Assembly (NCBI RefSeq): GCF_009834535.1
Contig: NC_045696.1
Coordinates: forward strand, 4,590,001-4,654,000
Reading direction: 5' to 3'
Source of the DNA: Camelus ferus
Lineage: Eukaryota
Length of the DNA stretch: 64,000 bases
The notes beneath the pieces are model-generated. The model did no database searches and had not been told where the DNA came from. It was given only the letters and a program-made list of their open reading frames with translations. Positions 1 to 13,103 of the stretch are shown here, piece after piece; position 1 is the stretch's first letter; each line of letters begins with the position of its first letter. The translations under genes were made by a program, and so were the position numbers.

Positions 1-244
1 AAACTGGCTGAGCTCCATACAGAACCATGACCAGCTGAAGGTACAGATGCAGGTCTGAAATACCTTAGCTGAGAGGAAGGAGATAGATGATAACCAGTGA
101 ATTGCTTTTTCATTCATTACTCACAAAACATTTAATAACAAAAACAAGGAATTGAATTTGTGTTGACACAATAGGACATAGTATCAATCCTTATTACAAA
201 AATTCTATTATCAGTTCCTGTCCATCTTATTTTGTGGTTACCAG

Positions 245-2141
245 TGTCAACTGAAATAAAGTGCACAACCTATAAGTTGAGACTTATGTTTTATCAGGCA
301 GACTTTCTGAGGACTTGCGCCCAGGAGGCAGCCTCTCAGATCACTCTAAGAGACTATTCCACCAAGGCAAGGAAGAAGCTGGGATATACAGGAGTTTTTG
401 CAACAAAGATCAGTTAGTCGAAACATCAAAATATTACTGTTAAAGAAAACCAGATATCTCAAGTTAAGGAATTTAGTGCTATGTATGGGAAGGTGCAAAA
501 GTCTGGGCTCATTGAAATCATTCCTTTGATGTGCACCTTATCTGCCTAGGGCCAGTATGCCTCTCTCTGGATGCACTGCCGGGGTGGCTGCAGAGGCCAG
601 GCTGACTGCTTGTCTGCATTCTGAGTTTCCTCTGCTAACTGTTGGGGGTGGTGGTAGTAGCTCATGACATGATGGCCACAGTGTCCTTTGTTTACTGATA
701 GGGCTGGCTATATATATATATATATATATATAATTGAGGTATAGTCGGTTTACAATATAACAATTTCTGGTGTACAGCACAATTCTTCAGTCATACATGA
801 ATATACATATATTCATTTTCATATTCTTTTTCACCATAAGCTACTACAAGATACTGAGTATATTTCCCTGTGCTATACAATATAAACTTGTTTATCTATT
901 TCATATATACCAGTCAGTATCTGCAAATCCCCCAGTTTATCCATTCCCCACCCCTCTACCATCCCTTGGCAACCACAAGTCTGTATTCTATGTCTGTGAG
1001 TCTGTTTCTGTTTTATGTATAAGTTCATTTGTCTTTTTTATTTTAGATTCCACATATGAGTGATCTCATATGGTATTTTTCTTTCTCTTTCTGGCTTACT
1101 TCACTTAGAATGACATTCTCAAGTAACATCCATGTTGCTGCAAATGGTATTATTTTATCTTCTTATGGCTGAGTAGTATTCCATTGTATAAATATACCAC
1201 ATCTTCTTTATCTAATCATCTGTCGATGGACGTTTAGTTTGTTTTCATGTCTTGGCTATTGTAAATAGTGCTGCTATGAACATTGGGGTGCAGGTGTCTT
1301 TTTGAATTAGAGTTCCCTCTGGATATATGCCCAGGAGTGGGATCGCTGGGTCATATGGTAAGTCTAATTTTAGTCTTTTGAGGAATCTCTATACTGTTTT
1401 CCACAATGGCTGCACCAAACTGCATTCCCACCAACAGAGTAGGCGGGTTCCCTTTTCTCCACACCCTCTCCAGCATTTGTCATTTGTGGACTTTTGAATG
1501 ATGGCCATTCTGACTGTTGTGAGGTGATATCCCATTGTAGTTTTGATTTGAATTTCTCTAATAATTAGTGATATTGAACATTTTTTCATGTGCCTATTGG
1601 TCATTCATATGTCTTCACTGGAGAATTGCTTATTTAGGTCTTCTGCCCATTTTTGGATTGGGTTGTTTGTTTTTTTTCTTAAGTCATATGAATTGTTTAT
1701 ATATTATGGAAATCAAACCCTTGTCAGTTTCATCTTTTGAAAATATTTTCTCGCATTCCATAGGTTGTCGTTTTATTTGCTTATGGTTTCCCTTGCTGTG
1801 CAAAAGCTTGTAAGTTTAATTAGGTCCTGTTTGTTTATTTTTGCTTTTATTTCTATTGCTTGGGTAGACTGTTCTAGGAGAACATTGCTGAGATGTATGT
1901 GAGATAATATTTTGCCTATATTTTCTTCTAGGAGGTTTTTTGTATCTTGTCTTCTGTTTAAGTCTTTGATCCATTTCGAGTTTATTTTTGTGTATGGTGT
2001 AAGGGAGTGTTCTAACTTCATTGATTTACATACATGCTGCTGTCCAGTTTTCCCAGCACCGTTTGCTGAAGAGACTGTCTTTATTCCATTGTATGTTCTT
2101 GCCTCCTTTGTCAAGATTAATTGAAATATTTTTTATTCACA
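245..2141 (-). mobile_element. MER41-like ERV1 solo LTR (245-708 plus ~2125-2141), split by an L1 insertion
   Basis: Starts TGTCAACTG and ends TTCACA, flanked by CCAG/CTAG (4-bp TSD, 1 mismatch). Body (aaagaaaaccagatatctcaagttaaggaatttag..., gggaaggtgcaaaagtctgggctcattgaaatcattcc) resembles laurasiatherian MER41-type LTRs from memory. Confidence 0.7.
709..2124 (-). mobile_element. 5'-truncated lineage-specific LINE-1 (ORF2 C-terminus plus 3' UTR)
   Basis: Minus-strand ORFs give L1 ORF2 peptides ([39 protein letters not shown]...[10 protein letters not shown]...CWWEC) with frameshifts. The tail position is a (TA)n run at 709-732. Confidence 0.95.
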
Positions 2142-3384
2142 CTAGCATGTGTAGCAAAAAATGAATGTTTTTCATGACCTCTTTGCCATTAATATGGTCA
2201 CATTTTATGAAATAATAAAGAACATTCACATGAAGATGACATCATAAACTGCAGTCTCTGATTTTTTTCTCTCTCCATTACGTGCAACGTATGCATTTTT
2301 CCTGGAAATAAAACAGGCATGTAAAATTAAATTACCTGGCTGCTTTAGGTTGTGTTCCCTGGTGTACCTACTTGAATGTCTTTCCAAATCAGAAACAGTT
2401 TTTGAGGCTGTAACAATAGCATCACAAATCAAACAAATTGGTTTCAGAGTTTTACCCAAAGTAATTGAGAATAAAAATGTATTGTTCAGGGTTCCTTGTT
2501 ATATCTTCATACTTTCTTTAGCTTGTGCTTGATTTACTTAGTGGCGCAGTTCAAATGGAAATGAACCATACACTGAGGGACAGAGACAGCCGACTGAGAA
2601 AGTTATAGTGTAACTTCCATCAGCTATGGAAGTGCACCTGGCAGAAGTGGGGTCCAGGGGGCTCCCTGTCTCACCTGGTGTTGGTGCTGAGAGGTAACTT
2701 GTTCACAGTCCTGGTTGGGGAGCACAGCACACATCTTCAAGGAGCTCTGTTTTCAAAACTGCACCTCTCAGAAAAATTGCAAAAGATGTGCTATTCTTTG
2801 AGATGACCTTCTCTCCCTTCCATTCCTGGGACTACCCTCTTCATCTAGTTCCATCTCAGTTCATTACGGCATCATGACAGTGGCTGAGCGTGTGCTGAGG
2901 TCCTTGAGGGACACCCAGCCTAGCGCTTACTCAAAGAAGACCTGATAAAATGAGCCACCTTGTTCTTGGGCTGATGAAGCCTTCTTTCCTTACATAGCCC
3001 TTTTGTTCCTCCTGTATTGGGGACATCTTGACAGCCAGTTTCCTCCTGTATCAGGTCTAAATGTCTTTATCCATTCACCCTGTTTACCTGGGAGTCTGCC
3101 GCCACCCAGTCTGGGAGCGATGTCCTGCCCCTCCCCATCCCTACGTAGCTTTATGTTTATTCTATTACCTTCCCTTCAAAGGCTGCTTTTTTTCCCCCTA
3201 AATCTTTCTGGGAGTTTCCAAAAAGACTGCCCAGGTCCTCATATGCTCTCCAACCTGGCAACTTTTTACCTCTTTTATATTTTACACTGTACTTATGCCC
3301 CCAACATGCTTAACGTGCTTTAGCTGCTTCTTAGTAATTGTGAAAAACTTTCCTAATCGGGCGGCCCATATTTCAGGGTTTCAG

Positions 3385-3575
3385 GCCCTGTGCCTCTTCT
3401 TACCAGCTGTATGGCTTGGGCAACTCACCCAACGGTTCTGTGCCTGTTTTCTCATCTGGAAAGTCAGGGTAATAATAACATCTGCCTCCTGTGGGGCCGC
3501 TGTGAGAATTCAGTGAGTTCGTGCACATAGAAGATTTGGAGCAGCTTCTGGCCAGTTGCAGGTGGTGAATGTGAG
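3385..3575 (+). mobile_element. MIR SINE
   Basis: MIR core-like ttgggcaactcaccc...tgtgcctgttttctcatctggaaagtcagggtaataataa...tgtgagaattcagtgag. Confidence 0.75.
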
Positions 3576-5184
3576 CTGCGTCCTCGATCTGTCTGAGAAG
3601 ATGCAGAGAGTGTCCCGCCCTGAAGTGACTGATGATATCACACTGAGTTGATGGAGAAAACTCAAATAACGACTTCTTATGGGCATGTTTCAAAACTAGT
3701 GCAAGACCATCCTGTATCCCGGGGTCCTAAACCTGGAAGAGGTGCTTGTGCATGAATTTACTGATCTCTTGGGCACTGGAGCTGTGAGTCCCAGCATACT
3801 GCCAATAGAGAAAAGAGATGGCTAACTTCGATTTTCAGATTTCCATAAATATGAGGAGACTTTGAAAAATAGAGGGTAAAGAATGTTTCTTCTTGTCTTG
3901 GGGGATAACGAAGACCAGTTATGTAACAGTTTTATTTTTAGGAAGGTAATGGGTATAATGTAGAGGGTGTTCCTTGGTTTCACTTGGGGAGGAGTTCTGT
4001 GTGTCTAAACACCAGATGCCCTGGCAAAGCTGCAAGACCATCTCTCCTGGGTGACTGCAGTGGGGCCAGCCTGGGGAGGTCCCTGCAGGGTTCTCTCCGT
4101 GAGAGGGCAGTGCTGAGCATCCTCACCTGCTGTGCTCCGGGGCGATGCTGGGGGAAGGGGCATCTGGTGCTGCTCGTGGCCATTCAGAGCCTTGGAGGAG
4201 ACTGCAGACAGGAGCCTCTAGAGACCACCCTCTAGAGACGGGTCTGAGTTTTCAGCCCTAAAACGCTTAACCCTGGTGTTGCAGGAGGTCTCTCACTGCT
4301 GTATTTAATGTCAGTTAAACAACCTCTGATAACGTCCCCCTTTCAGATATGTTCAGCCACATCCCACAGAGATCTCCACCTCCCTTTCCGAAGAAAAAGC
4401 AATTTTTCTCGTTCTCCACAAGCTCCTCTGTACCCCAAGTCATGCCCAAGGTTCAGGGCTCGACTTCAGTTCTTGGTAACCGCTGGCTTCACTCTTATAA
4501 TCAGCGGCATGTTCTTTGGGAAGCTTTTACCTTGAAACACTTTTAGATCTGGTGATTGAAATGCGTGGGTGCTGCAGCAGCAGATGGATTTCTAAATTTA
4601 CCAGGGAAAGACCTTCACTTGATGTTAGCTGAACCTTGTAAACACCAGGAAGTGGAAATTTGTATGATGAGAATACACTCAGATCAGATATAGTCACTAA
4701 GCCCCAGATACTGGCTGGTCGCTAGTCTTGTCCTCACCGGTTATGCCCTGGAGGAATTGCCTGGAGACGGGGAGAGAAGGATCAGATCCTGCTGGTGAAA
4801 GACATGATGGATGTAATGGTGGTGAGCATTAGATTAGACAATGCCCATAAAATCACTTGGAAATTTGCATAAAAATGCAGGACAAATATATGTTATGATG
4901 CTGTGCACAGAAGGATCATGCTGCAGCCCCCACAGGGAGTGTCCTGGTAAAGTAATGGGCCACGGGGATGGGTCCCCTTTAGTGGCCTCCGGCTGTAACC
5001 TGGGTGAGAGTTGCTGCCCAGCTTGACTTTGTTTTCTTTAGTGAAGTCACAGTCTATATGTTAAAAGCCTGGATGAATTTCTAACATGATTTTAATGTTT
5101 GCCATTATTAGTCAACATTGGAGTGTTTTATAAGTAGTTTTCCTCTTCATCACACTCTTTGCTTGTTTGTTTGTTTGTTTTAGC

Positions 5185-5322
5185 ACCTTTATTTTGGTAT
5201 GGTTCCTGTACAGTAAACTACACATATTTCAGGTGTATAATTTGATGAATTTTGATAGATGTATGCAGTCATGAAACCACCACCACAATCAAGATAGCTA
5301 ACATTTCCATCACTCCCCAAGA
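5185..5322 (-). mobile_element. Old L1 (L1M-type) 3'-end fragment
   Basis: gtgtataatttgatgaattttgatagatgtat...aaccaccaccacaatcaagatag...catttccatcactcccc is typical of L1MB/L1MC 3' UTR ends. Confidence 0.7.
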
Positions 5323-8056
5323 GGTGCAAATTTTGAATTCCCAATTTATCCACTCTTTATTCTTTATGTCTTTTCTTTTTGTCCCTGTCACCAAACCTTT
5401 GCCTAAGTAGGGAAAATAAAACGTGATAAATCTCTAAGTGAAAACACACGAAGAGAGAGAGGTTGCGAGGGAAGAGGAGGGGCAGGGGAAAGAGAAGGGA
5501 GAACGTGCCAAGCAAAGTATCAAGGATCATAATTGGCAAACTGGCAATAGCGAGCGACTGTGGGTTCTATCACTCAAAAGATCCCAGATGTCACATGGGA
5601 CCTCCATCCGTGGAACTGGCAGTTCTTCCCGCCAATTAGCTGGGATGCCCAGGACCAAGTATTAGCAAGAATTAATCATTTGTGTCTGAAATTCAATCGG
5701 GAGCCAATGTGAGATTTCCAATCCTGAGGTCAGTCGCTGTTCTGAGTGTCAGCTATAGCATCGGCTATAAAGGTGTATTTGTTTTCCCAAGCGTAAATAG
5801 GGCACATCTTCTTTGCATTTTTTTCCTCCCATCCTAGCTGCAGAAGCTTATTTATATATGTCATCCTTTAGGTCAACTTTCTCAGGCTGAAAAAGAAAGC
5901 AGGCATCAGGTGAAACAGACCTGTGGAGTGGGTGTCAGACTGGTGGGCTGGTGGGTGGGGAGCACTGGTAACCCAAGTCCAGCAGCTGCTCATTGTCCAG
6001 TACCTGCTTTGTGCTTTGCTCCAGGGGACCTGGACCTCGAGTTACTGGCAGGATTGTCAGTGCCCTAGTTTTTGCCCTGTTCTATTCACATGTCCGGTTC
6101 TATGCCCCGCATCTCAGGCTGAATGGTTATTGTATGAGATACACCTACAGGCTGAAGGCAGCTGCAGTTCCTCACTTGTGCCAATAGAACCAGGAATGTG
6201 TGTTGCTTTTCTCAGAGTAAAGTTCTTTAAAATTTTATCTTTTATTTTTCTGAACTCACCCCTTGCACTAGGCTGCTACCACGCTTTTTTGTTGACAGTG
6301 AAGCATCTTTGTGAATTATTTTCCTTTCTCTTTCCCTCTCCAGTGCTCTCCCTGCCCATCAGCCTTGCATATCCCCAGTTGAATATCTTTCCTTTTAAAA
6401 CAGGGAGCAGAAGAATTAAGAAAGTTTTAGTGTTGTTATTTTTAAAAATTAGCGATGGTGATCAAAACTTGGAAATTGTCATTTCAGGAAGGCTTTCAAG
6501 GCTGTGTTTCTCTCCATTTGAAGCCTCACCAGCAATAATTTTTCTTGCAACAAAAATCATATGGGAAAAGAATCTGAAATGACCTACTTTATAAATGATA
6601 TCAAGCCTTAATGATATTTAGTATTATTACATAGTCTCTCAATGTTTTACTTTATTATCTGTCATCTTCCATTAGGTTTAAGAATGTCATATATCAGATG
6701 TTCTGTTCTGACATATTTAGTTCTTTGATATACAATCCATGTATACCCAATATATATACAATTAGAAGGGCATATTTTATATTTTTTTATATTTGAGGCA
6801 AATGAGGAGAATTTCACCTTACTTTGCAATTTGGTCCTAACAGTTCATTATTCTTAATAAGTAGCAATCTTACCAGTAGCACTTTCCCACTGTAGATTTA
6901 ATTAGTCTTTTCCCCCCTCCCTTTCGCTAGTTGACAGAGCTGAGAGGAGGGAAACGGCGGCAATTTGAAACCTTGTTAGAAATTTATGAAGTGCTAAAAT
7001 GCTTTATTCCCAGAGGCTGGCTTGCCAGCTGTCACCGGAATGCACTCACTTTCTGCCTCCCCACGGGCCTGGGAAGCAGGGTGGAGGTGGGCTGCCATTC
7101 ACCCCTACACGGGGTTGCCTGAGTGATGCACTCCATAATTAGACTGGGTAGAGGGAAGCTAATTGCTTTCCCCACAATTGACCAGGAAGAAATTCTCTAC
7201 AACTGGTGTGTAAGATGAGAAGTGAGGGGCATCCAGAGATGTAGATCCTTCCCTGGCTTTAATAGACACACTGGCAGCGCAGGAAGAGGGGTCAGCTTTG
7301 GGCGTGGACATCAAAACAAATCAGCACCTGTCTTATTGGTGACCTCCAGCAGAGACTTAGCCTATTTCTAGCAAGATGACACTGAACTAATTTCTTCTGG
7401 AGAAAATGCCTTCTTGAACATCTTACAAGACTTCAAGGATGGTCTCGTGAAGGGGCCATATCCTACCGTGAAGACTTGATACCCCCCAAGTCCTTTAGCC
7501 CACCACTTCTCCAGTGCCTCAGTGTTTTTTTCCTCAGGGGACACTTTTTTGGCTGTTTTTCTTAACTGGGGTTATCACTTGTGGCCACAGGCACCCTGGA
7601 GAATAAACAACACATAATAAAGGTGTGGATGGCCCGCACAGAGCTCTAGGCTTGAGGGGAGAGTTACACCTGATGCCAGACATGTGGTGGAGACCACACA
7701 GGAGGTCCCACAGAGGCAGCAGGAGGACCAGGAGGGCTACCAGGGACCAGAGAGGCCTGGCAGCTCCTTCAAAGTTTGCCTCCAGGCTGGCCTTGCTCTG
7801 TGCAGGGAGAAGCCTGCAGTCCCCAGAGGTAGCATCCTCTGCTCGTGCCAGACCATCTCTCTGGAAGAGGGGCAGGCGCCCTGGGCCACAAGAAATGATG
7901 TCCTAAGCTCTGCCACCACCACCCACCTCCTCTGCCTCTCCAAACTAACAATTAGTGTAAAATATTTCTGGTGGCACAGAACTTTCTGACAAATTAGTTT
8001 TTAAAAAAATCTTACTTTCAGCATATCAGGACACTCTCTAATTAGGAGCTTTACTA

Positions 8057-8395
8057 TGTGCACTCATTTACTGGGGCTGTTGTAACAGGCACCACAATCT
8101 GGGTGACTTTAAACAGTAGACATTCAAGGTGTTGGATCCTTCTGGGGACTGTGTAAAAAAGTAAATTCCATGCTTCCTTGACCTGCAGGCTTTCTCCCTG
8201 TGTGTGTGTGTCTGTGTCCAAGTTTCCCCTTTTTATAAGGACAGAGACATAATGGATTAGAGCCCACCCAAGTGACCTCATTTTACCTTGATAGCTTCTA
8301 TAAAGATCATATCTTTAAATAAAGTGACATTCCGAGCTAATGGGGATTATGATTTCAATATCTGAATTTTGAAGGGACACTATTCAGTCCGCACA
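8057..8395 (-). mobile_element. MLT1 (MaLR) solo LTR
   Basis: ggggctgttgtaaca...ttttataaggaca...tggattagagcccaccc...aataaagtgacattc...gggacactattcagtcc. Confidence 0.8.
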
Positions 8396-8535
8396 TTGTC
8401 CATTCATTTACTCAAGAACTACGTATCAAATGGCCATCAAGGACCAAGGTCCTGTGAGATGCAAAACTTTAGAAGATATGGCTCCTGCCCTGTGAGTCCG
8501 CAGGGTCTTTTACAGGTCATGGCACATATGGGCAC

Positions 8536-8956
8536 TGTGGAAGCCCCCACAAAGTCCATGTCCGAATCCTGGAGCCTATCAATATGGTGCCTTACATGAC
8601 AGTGAGGACTTTGCAGATGGGATTAAATTAAGGAGCTTGAGTGGGGAGATTATCTACGTGGGCCCAAGGTAATCACAAGGGTTCTTGTAAGAGGAAAGCA
8701 AGAGGGAGAGAGAGAAAGAGGAAAGAGAGAGAGAGAGAGAGAGAGAAGATGGAAGAAAGGGCCACAAGCCAAGGACTACAGGCAGTCTCTAGGAGCAAAG
8801 ACAAGGAAACAGTTTCTCCTCTACAGCCTTTAGAAGGAGCATAGCTGTGTCCACCCATTTGATCTTCTAACCTAGAACTATAAGCTAATAAATCTGTTAT
8901 TTAAAGCCACTAAGTATGTGGTGATTTGTTATACCACCAAATAGGAAACTAATGCA
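8536..8956 (+). mobile_element. MLT1D-like MaLR solo LTR with an internal (GA)n tract
   Basis: TG...CA ends, flanks GGCAC/GGTAC (5-bp TSD, 1 mismatch), ggactttgcagatgggattaaattaagg and ggaaactaatgca motifs. Confidence 0.82.
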
Positions 8957-9779
8957 GGTACCAAGCTGGTGGGCTTGGGTTTAGCAAAGCTGCACAGAGT
9001 AATAGATGATAAAAACCATTACCTGGAAAGAGTATGGATGAAGCCTAAGGCTTGACTTAGAGTCACTCACTAACCATTTTCAAGCCCCCACCTAGGTTCC
9101 ATTCAATTCAGATACCAGACCAGCTGGTTCTACATAGGGAGTTGGCAGGTTACAGATAGGAGGGAGTCAGTGAAGCCTGGAAGGTGGAAATTCAGCAGTG
9201 ATTCCTGTATCACACGAGGGAAAGAAGAGAAGAAGAGGTGAATACCAAGCTGTGGTCCAGGAATCTTGAGATTTAAAGTAAGGCCTCCCATCCCTTTTGA
9301 AGCACAGCCCAAAGCTCCACAGTTTCTCTCTCTCTCTCTCTCTTTTATATGTACACACACACAGTCACTGGGGGTGCGTGATTGAGTTGACTCTCAGCAA
9401 CGTGTCTTGGGGAACCCTTTTCTAGTTAAGCTGGAGCCCCAGCTGAGAATTAAGGGATGGGAGGGCAGTTTGCCAGTCAGGCACTACAGGCTTAGATGCA
9501 GAAAGGCACCAGTGTAGACACAGTTGGTGCACTGTTCCCCAGAGACCCTGTGTGGGAGTCATGTGTGACTCCAGGAACAGGGGACAGCCAGGTAAGGCAC
9601 TGGGCCAGCAGGACGGAGGGGGTCATAGAGAATCTGTGCAGCAGAATGTCACAGCTGTGGTGACCTCCCTGGCTCTTGTCTGCCTAACTGGGGCAAAGCA
9701 GTGATGCTGCTGGTGGCTTTGAGTGTCTCTTAAGTGGCGATTTTAAACTGGTGAGTGGCCTGCAGCCAGGCCTCCATGG

Positions 9780-10030
9780 TCTGGTGGAAAGAGCATTGTC
9801 TCGGGGACAAGGCTGGCTGGAAGGCAACCTAAATTCTGTTGTATATGATCTGTGGATTTTTGTGCAAGTTACGGTGCCTCTCTCAGCCTTGGTTTCCTTA
9901 TCTTAAAAAAAATGGGAATCATCTTGTAATACTGGATGCAGGATTGAGGCAAGGACCAATGAAATCAGTGGATGTAGAAGTATCATTTGCAGTGCCTGAC
10001 CCTAAGTGGGTTCAAAAAGGTGAACGCTGC
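9780..10030 (+). mobile_element. MIR SINE (diverged)
   Basis: gcaagttacggtgcctctctcagccttggtttccttatcttaaaaaaaatgggaat core. Confidence 0.6.
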
Positions 10031-11483
10031 CTCTCACCACCTCCCTTTGTTGAGGTGTTGAGGGTGAGGGCTGGATTTCAGTCTGGGACTGTAAATTCTG
10101 AGACAGAGGGTAGGAGAGAGGAGAGGTGGTGCCGAAAGCAGAGGCACCAGCCCATGCTGTGTACTGACTGCCACTAGGAAGTTGTCTCAGAGATAGGGGC
10201 AGGGCGTGAGCAAACTGTGACCACTCATGGTTGAGTCAGAGTCAACTGGTTCTCAGGCTCATAGAGCAAGTACTCTGGGGTCCACCAGCCCCAACAACCA
10301 ATCCAGCAATTGAGAATAGGATTGAATCTGTGCTGAAGGCAGCATAGAAGGGTCTTAGCAGCACAGTTCTCCATTTACAGGAATATTAATCTACGGAACA
10401 CACCCTTGGTGTTCCTCAGCTAGAAGAGGAAGAGAATAAGACAGGCTGGCCAGCAGGCTGCTCTCAGTAATGTGAGCATTAATCAGTGATTGGAATGGCA
10501 TGTAGGAGATACACACACTTGACAGGTTGTTCAGTTGGTTATTCAGTCTTCAACAAGGTGTAAGCCAACCCACAGAGACTCCAGGGTACCATGAGGAACC
10601 CAGAGTAGAGTTGGCTATGAGGCTGCTGTGATGTTGGAAGAATTAGGGGACAGTAGGGGGGGTCTTGATTGATGGGATTTTGGGGAGCAGTGGGAGGTGA
10701 GATGTGATACACAGGATGGAATTAGAGTATGAGATAGTTGGAAGGACCGAGGAGTGTGGAACTGAGTCTGTAGTCCACCTGGGCAGTTAGTTCTCATTCC
10801 AGGGAGACTCAACACCCAGAAAGTGGGATGGGGCAAAAGGCAAAGACTTGTGCTGGGAAAGAGCTGTTGTGATTTCTTCTGCTTATCTCTCTCCTTACCT
10901 TACCCTGCCCCCTTCTCTCTCCCACATGGTTCTATCCTCTACCTCACACCCCAGTACTCCTTTCAGGCAGACTTCTGTGATGTAGATCCCTCTGCTGCAA
11001 GGAATGTCGCAAGTGCATCTGAGTTCTTTGCTTGGGGGTAACTTATTAGCTAGGATAAATGTTTGGGTTCAGGCCATATGAAGAGCTACAGATCAGGTGT
11101 CTGCCTTAATACCACCCACTAGGGTGGACGAGAGTGTCTTAACCAGGTCCTCTGAAGAAGCCTGTTTCTCCTGAATTTCTGCCAGGCATGTCTTGGCTGG
11201 AAGAAAGACAAAATCTCTTGGGATGTCAAGGCTCGTTTAGGATCTGGGTTAACACCTTGCTGTCCCAGGGTGACAGGATGACTCTACTAGTCGTCAACCA
11301 AGCAAGCAGCTGACTGCTAAGCCAGAGTTGGCCCCAAAGAAGAACAGGTGTAACCCAAATGATGCCTTCAATTTTATGCTAGAAGTTACTGCACCTCCTA
11401 TCTTTGTATCTCAGTTTTGGTTTCTTATTTTGTGATCTTTCTTTCTTCCTTAGGTTCTTTTTCTTTATCTCCCAGAATATGTA

Positions 11484-11865
11484 TGTATTAATTCCCTAGG
11501 CTGCTGTAACAACGTACCACAAATTGAGTGGCTTAAGACAAGAAAAATGGATTGTCTTACAGTTCTGGAGGCCAGAAGTCTGAAATTGAGGTGTTGGCAG
11601 AGTTAGTTCCTTCTGGAGGCTCTAAGGGGGTATCTGTTCCAGGCTTCAATCCCAGATTCTAGTGGTTGCCAGCAACCCTCTGTTTGTGGCTATGTCACTC
11701 CAGTCTCTGCCTCTGTCATCACATGCTGTTCTCCTGGTATGTCTGTCTCTGCATCTCTGGATCTTTGATTGTATCTGCATAGACCCTATTTCCAAATAAA
11801 GTCACTTTCATAGCATTATCCCTTGAGCATACCTTTCTGGGAGACACAGTCCTGCTCACTGTACT
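11484..11865 (-). mobile_element. MLT1C-like MaLR solo LTR
   Basis: tgtattaattccctaggctgctgtaacaacgtaccacaaattgagtggcttaa...ttctggaggccagaagtctgaaatt...accctatttccaaataaagtcac. Confidence 0.85.
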
Positions 11866-12429
11866 ATGTATACAGGGTCCTCCACCCAAAACAATGCCAG
11901 ATGTATAGGGAGTGCTTGACCAAGTCTTGGTGAAGGAGTCAATGAGAAAACCTGGCATTAGAAAGCAAAAGTCAGAGAGCATTGCAGATCATTCTCAAAG
12001 CACCTGGTCAGACCAAGGGCTTCTGTTGGGACTGCTGAGCCTCTACTTGCGTTTCTTATCTCCCCGTGAGCTCCCTAGCTTATCTGCAGGAGGTTCATCC
12101 CATGTCTCCAGTGAGTCCCACGCACAAGTTCTTTTCAGATCTCTGCTTGAATCACATTTGTCAAATTCCATTGGTTAAAGCAAGTCACATGGCCAAGCCC
12201 AGATTCAAGAATTTGAGAAGTAGAATCACCTCTTCATGGGAGGAGCTGCAGCCACATTGCAAAGGACACATACAGAGGGACTAAAAAATTAATTGCAGCC
12301 ATTTTCCACAGATAATAGCATGTGAGTGACATGATCTCTTGTATATGTGATATAGGAAAATGGGTATGTATTACCACTTGTTTGGTAACTTTCTTTGCAG
12401 AGCTGTAGAATATTCTAGAAATTAATTGC

Positions 12430-12640
12430 TTAGGCTTGTGAGCTACATGGCCTGGGTTGTGATTCTAGCTTCATGACATGCAAACTGTATGATCTTTCAC
12501 CAACCTTCCTGTGCCTTGGTTTCCTCATCTGTAAGATGGGAACGAAAATACCTCCTTCCTAGGGATGGAGTGAGTTAAGGTACAAAAGCATTTAGCACAG
12601 TACTTAGTGCATTGCAGCTACTAAATAAATGCTACCTGTT
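12430..12640 (+). mobile_element. MIR SINE
   Basis: ctgtgccttggtttcctcatctgtaagatggg...aaagcatttagcacagtactt...taaataaatgctac. Confidence 0.75.
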
Positions 12641-12684
12641 TTAATGAGTATCTTGTCTTGCTCTTGAAGTCACATGTCTGCTAA

Positions 12685-13103
12685 TGTGTGTGTTCTTGCC
12701 TCCTTTGTCGTAGATTAATTGACCATAAGTGCATGGGGTTTATTTCTGAGCTCTATCCTGTTCATAAACTCAAAATGGATTGAAGACCTAAATTTAAGAC
12801 TGTATACTATAAAACTCCTAGAGGAAAGCATGGGCAGAACACTCTTTGACATGAATCACAGCAATATCTTCTGGGATCCATCTCCCAAAGTAAAGGAAAT
12901 AAAGCAAAAAGAAACAAATGGGACCTAATTAAACTTAAAAGCTTTTACACAGCAAAGGAAACCACTGACAAAACAAAATGACAACTGACAGGGAGAGAAT
13001 ATTTGCAGATGATATGTTTAATAAGGGATTAATATCCAACATAAATAGACAGCTGACCCAGCTCAACATCAAAGGAACAAACAGCCCAGTTAAAAATGGG
13101 CAG
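12685..13103 (+). mobile_element. L1 ORF2 fragment with a 5' inversion (12685-12763 antisense, 12764-13103 sense), lacking a 3' end
   Basis: Antisense ttcttgcctcctttgtcgtagattaattgacc...ctctatcctgttc is joined directly to sense ataaactcaaaatggattgaagacc (INSKWIEDLN...), ending at aaaaatgggcag. Confidence 0.88.

Noticed and set aside
5923..6582. 219-aa ORF, the longest in the window
   Set aside because: Starts at GTG, is Leu/Phe/Cys-rich from T-rich intron sequence, has no recognisable domain, and lies in DSCAM intron 1. Most likely chance.
7318..7340. Possible REST/RE1 site (TCAGCACC)
   Set aside because: Only the left half-site is present; no GGACAG right half at canonical spacing.
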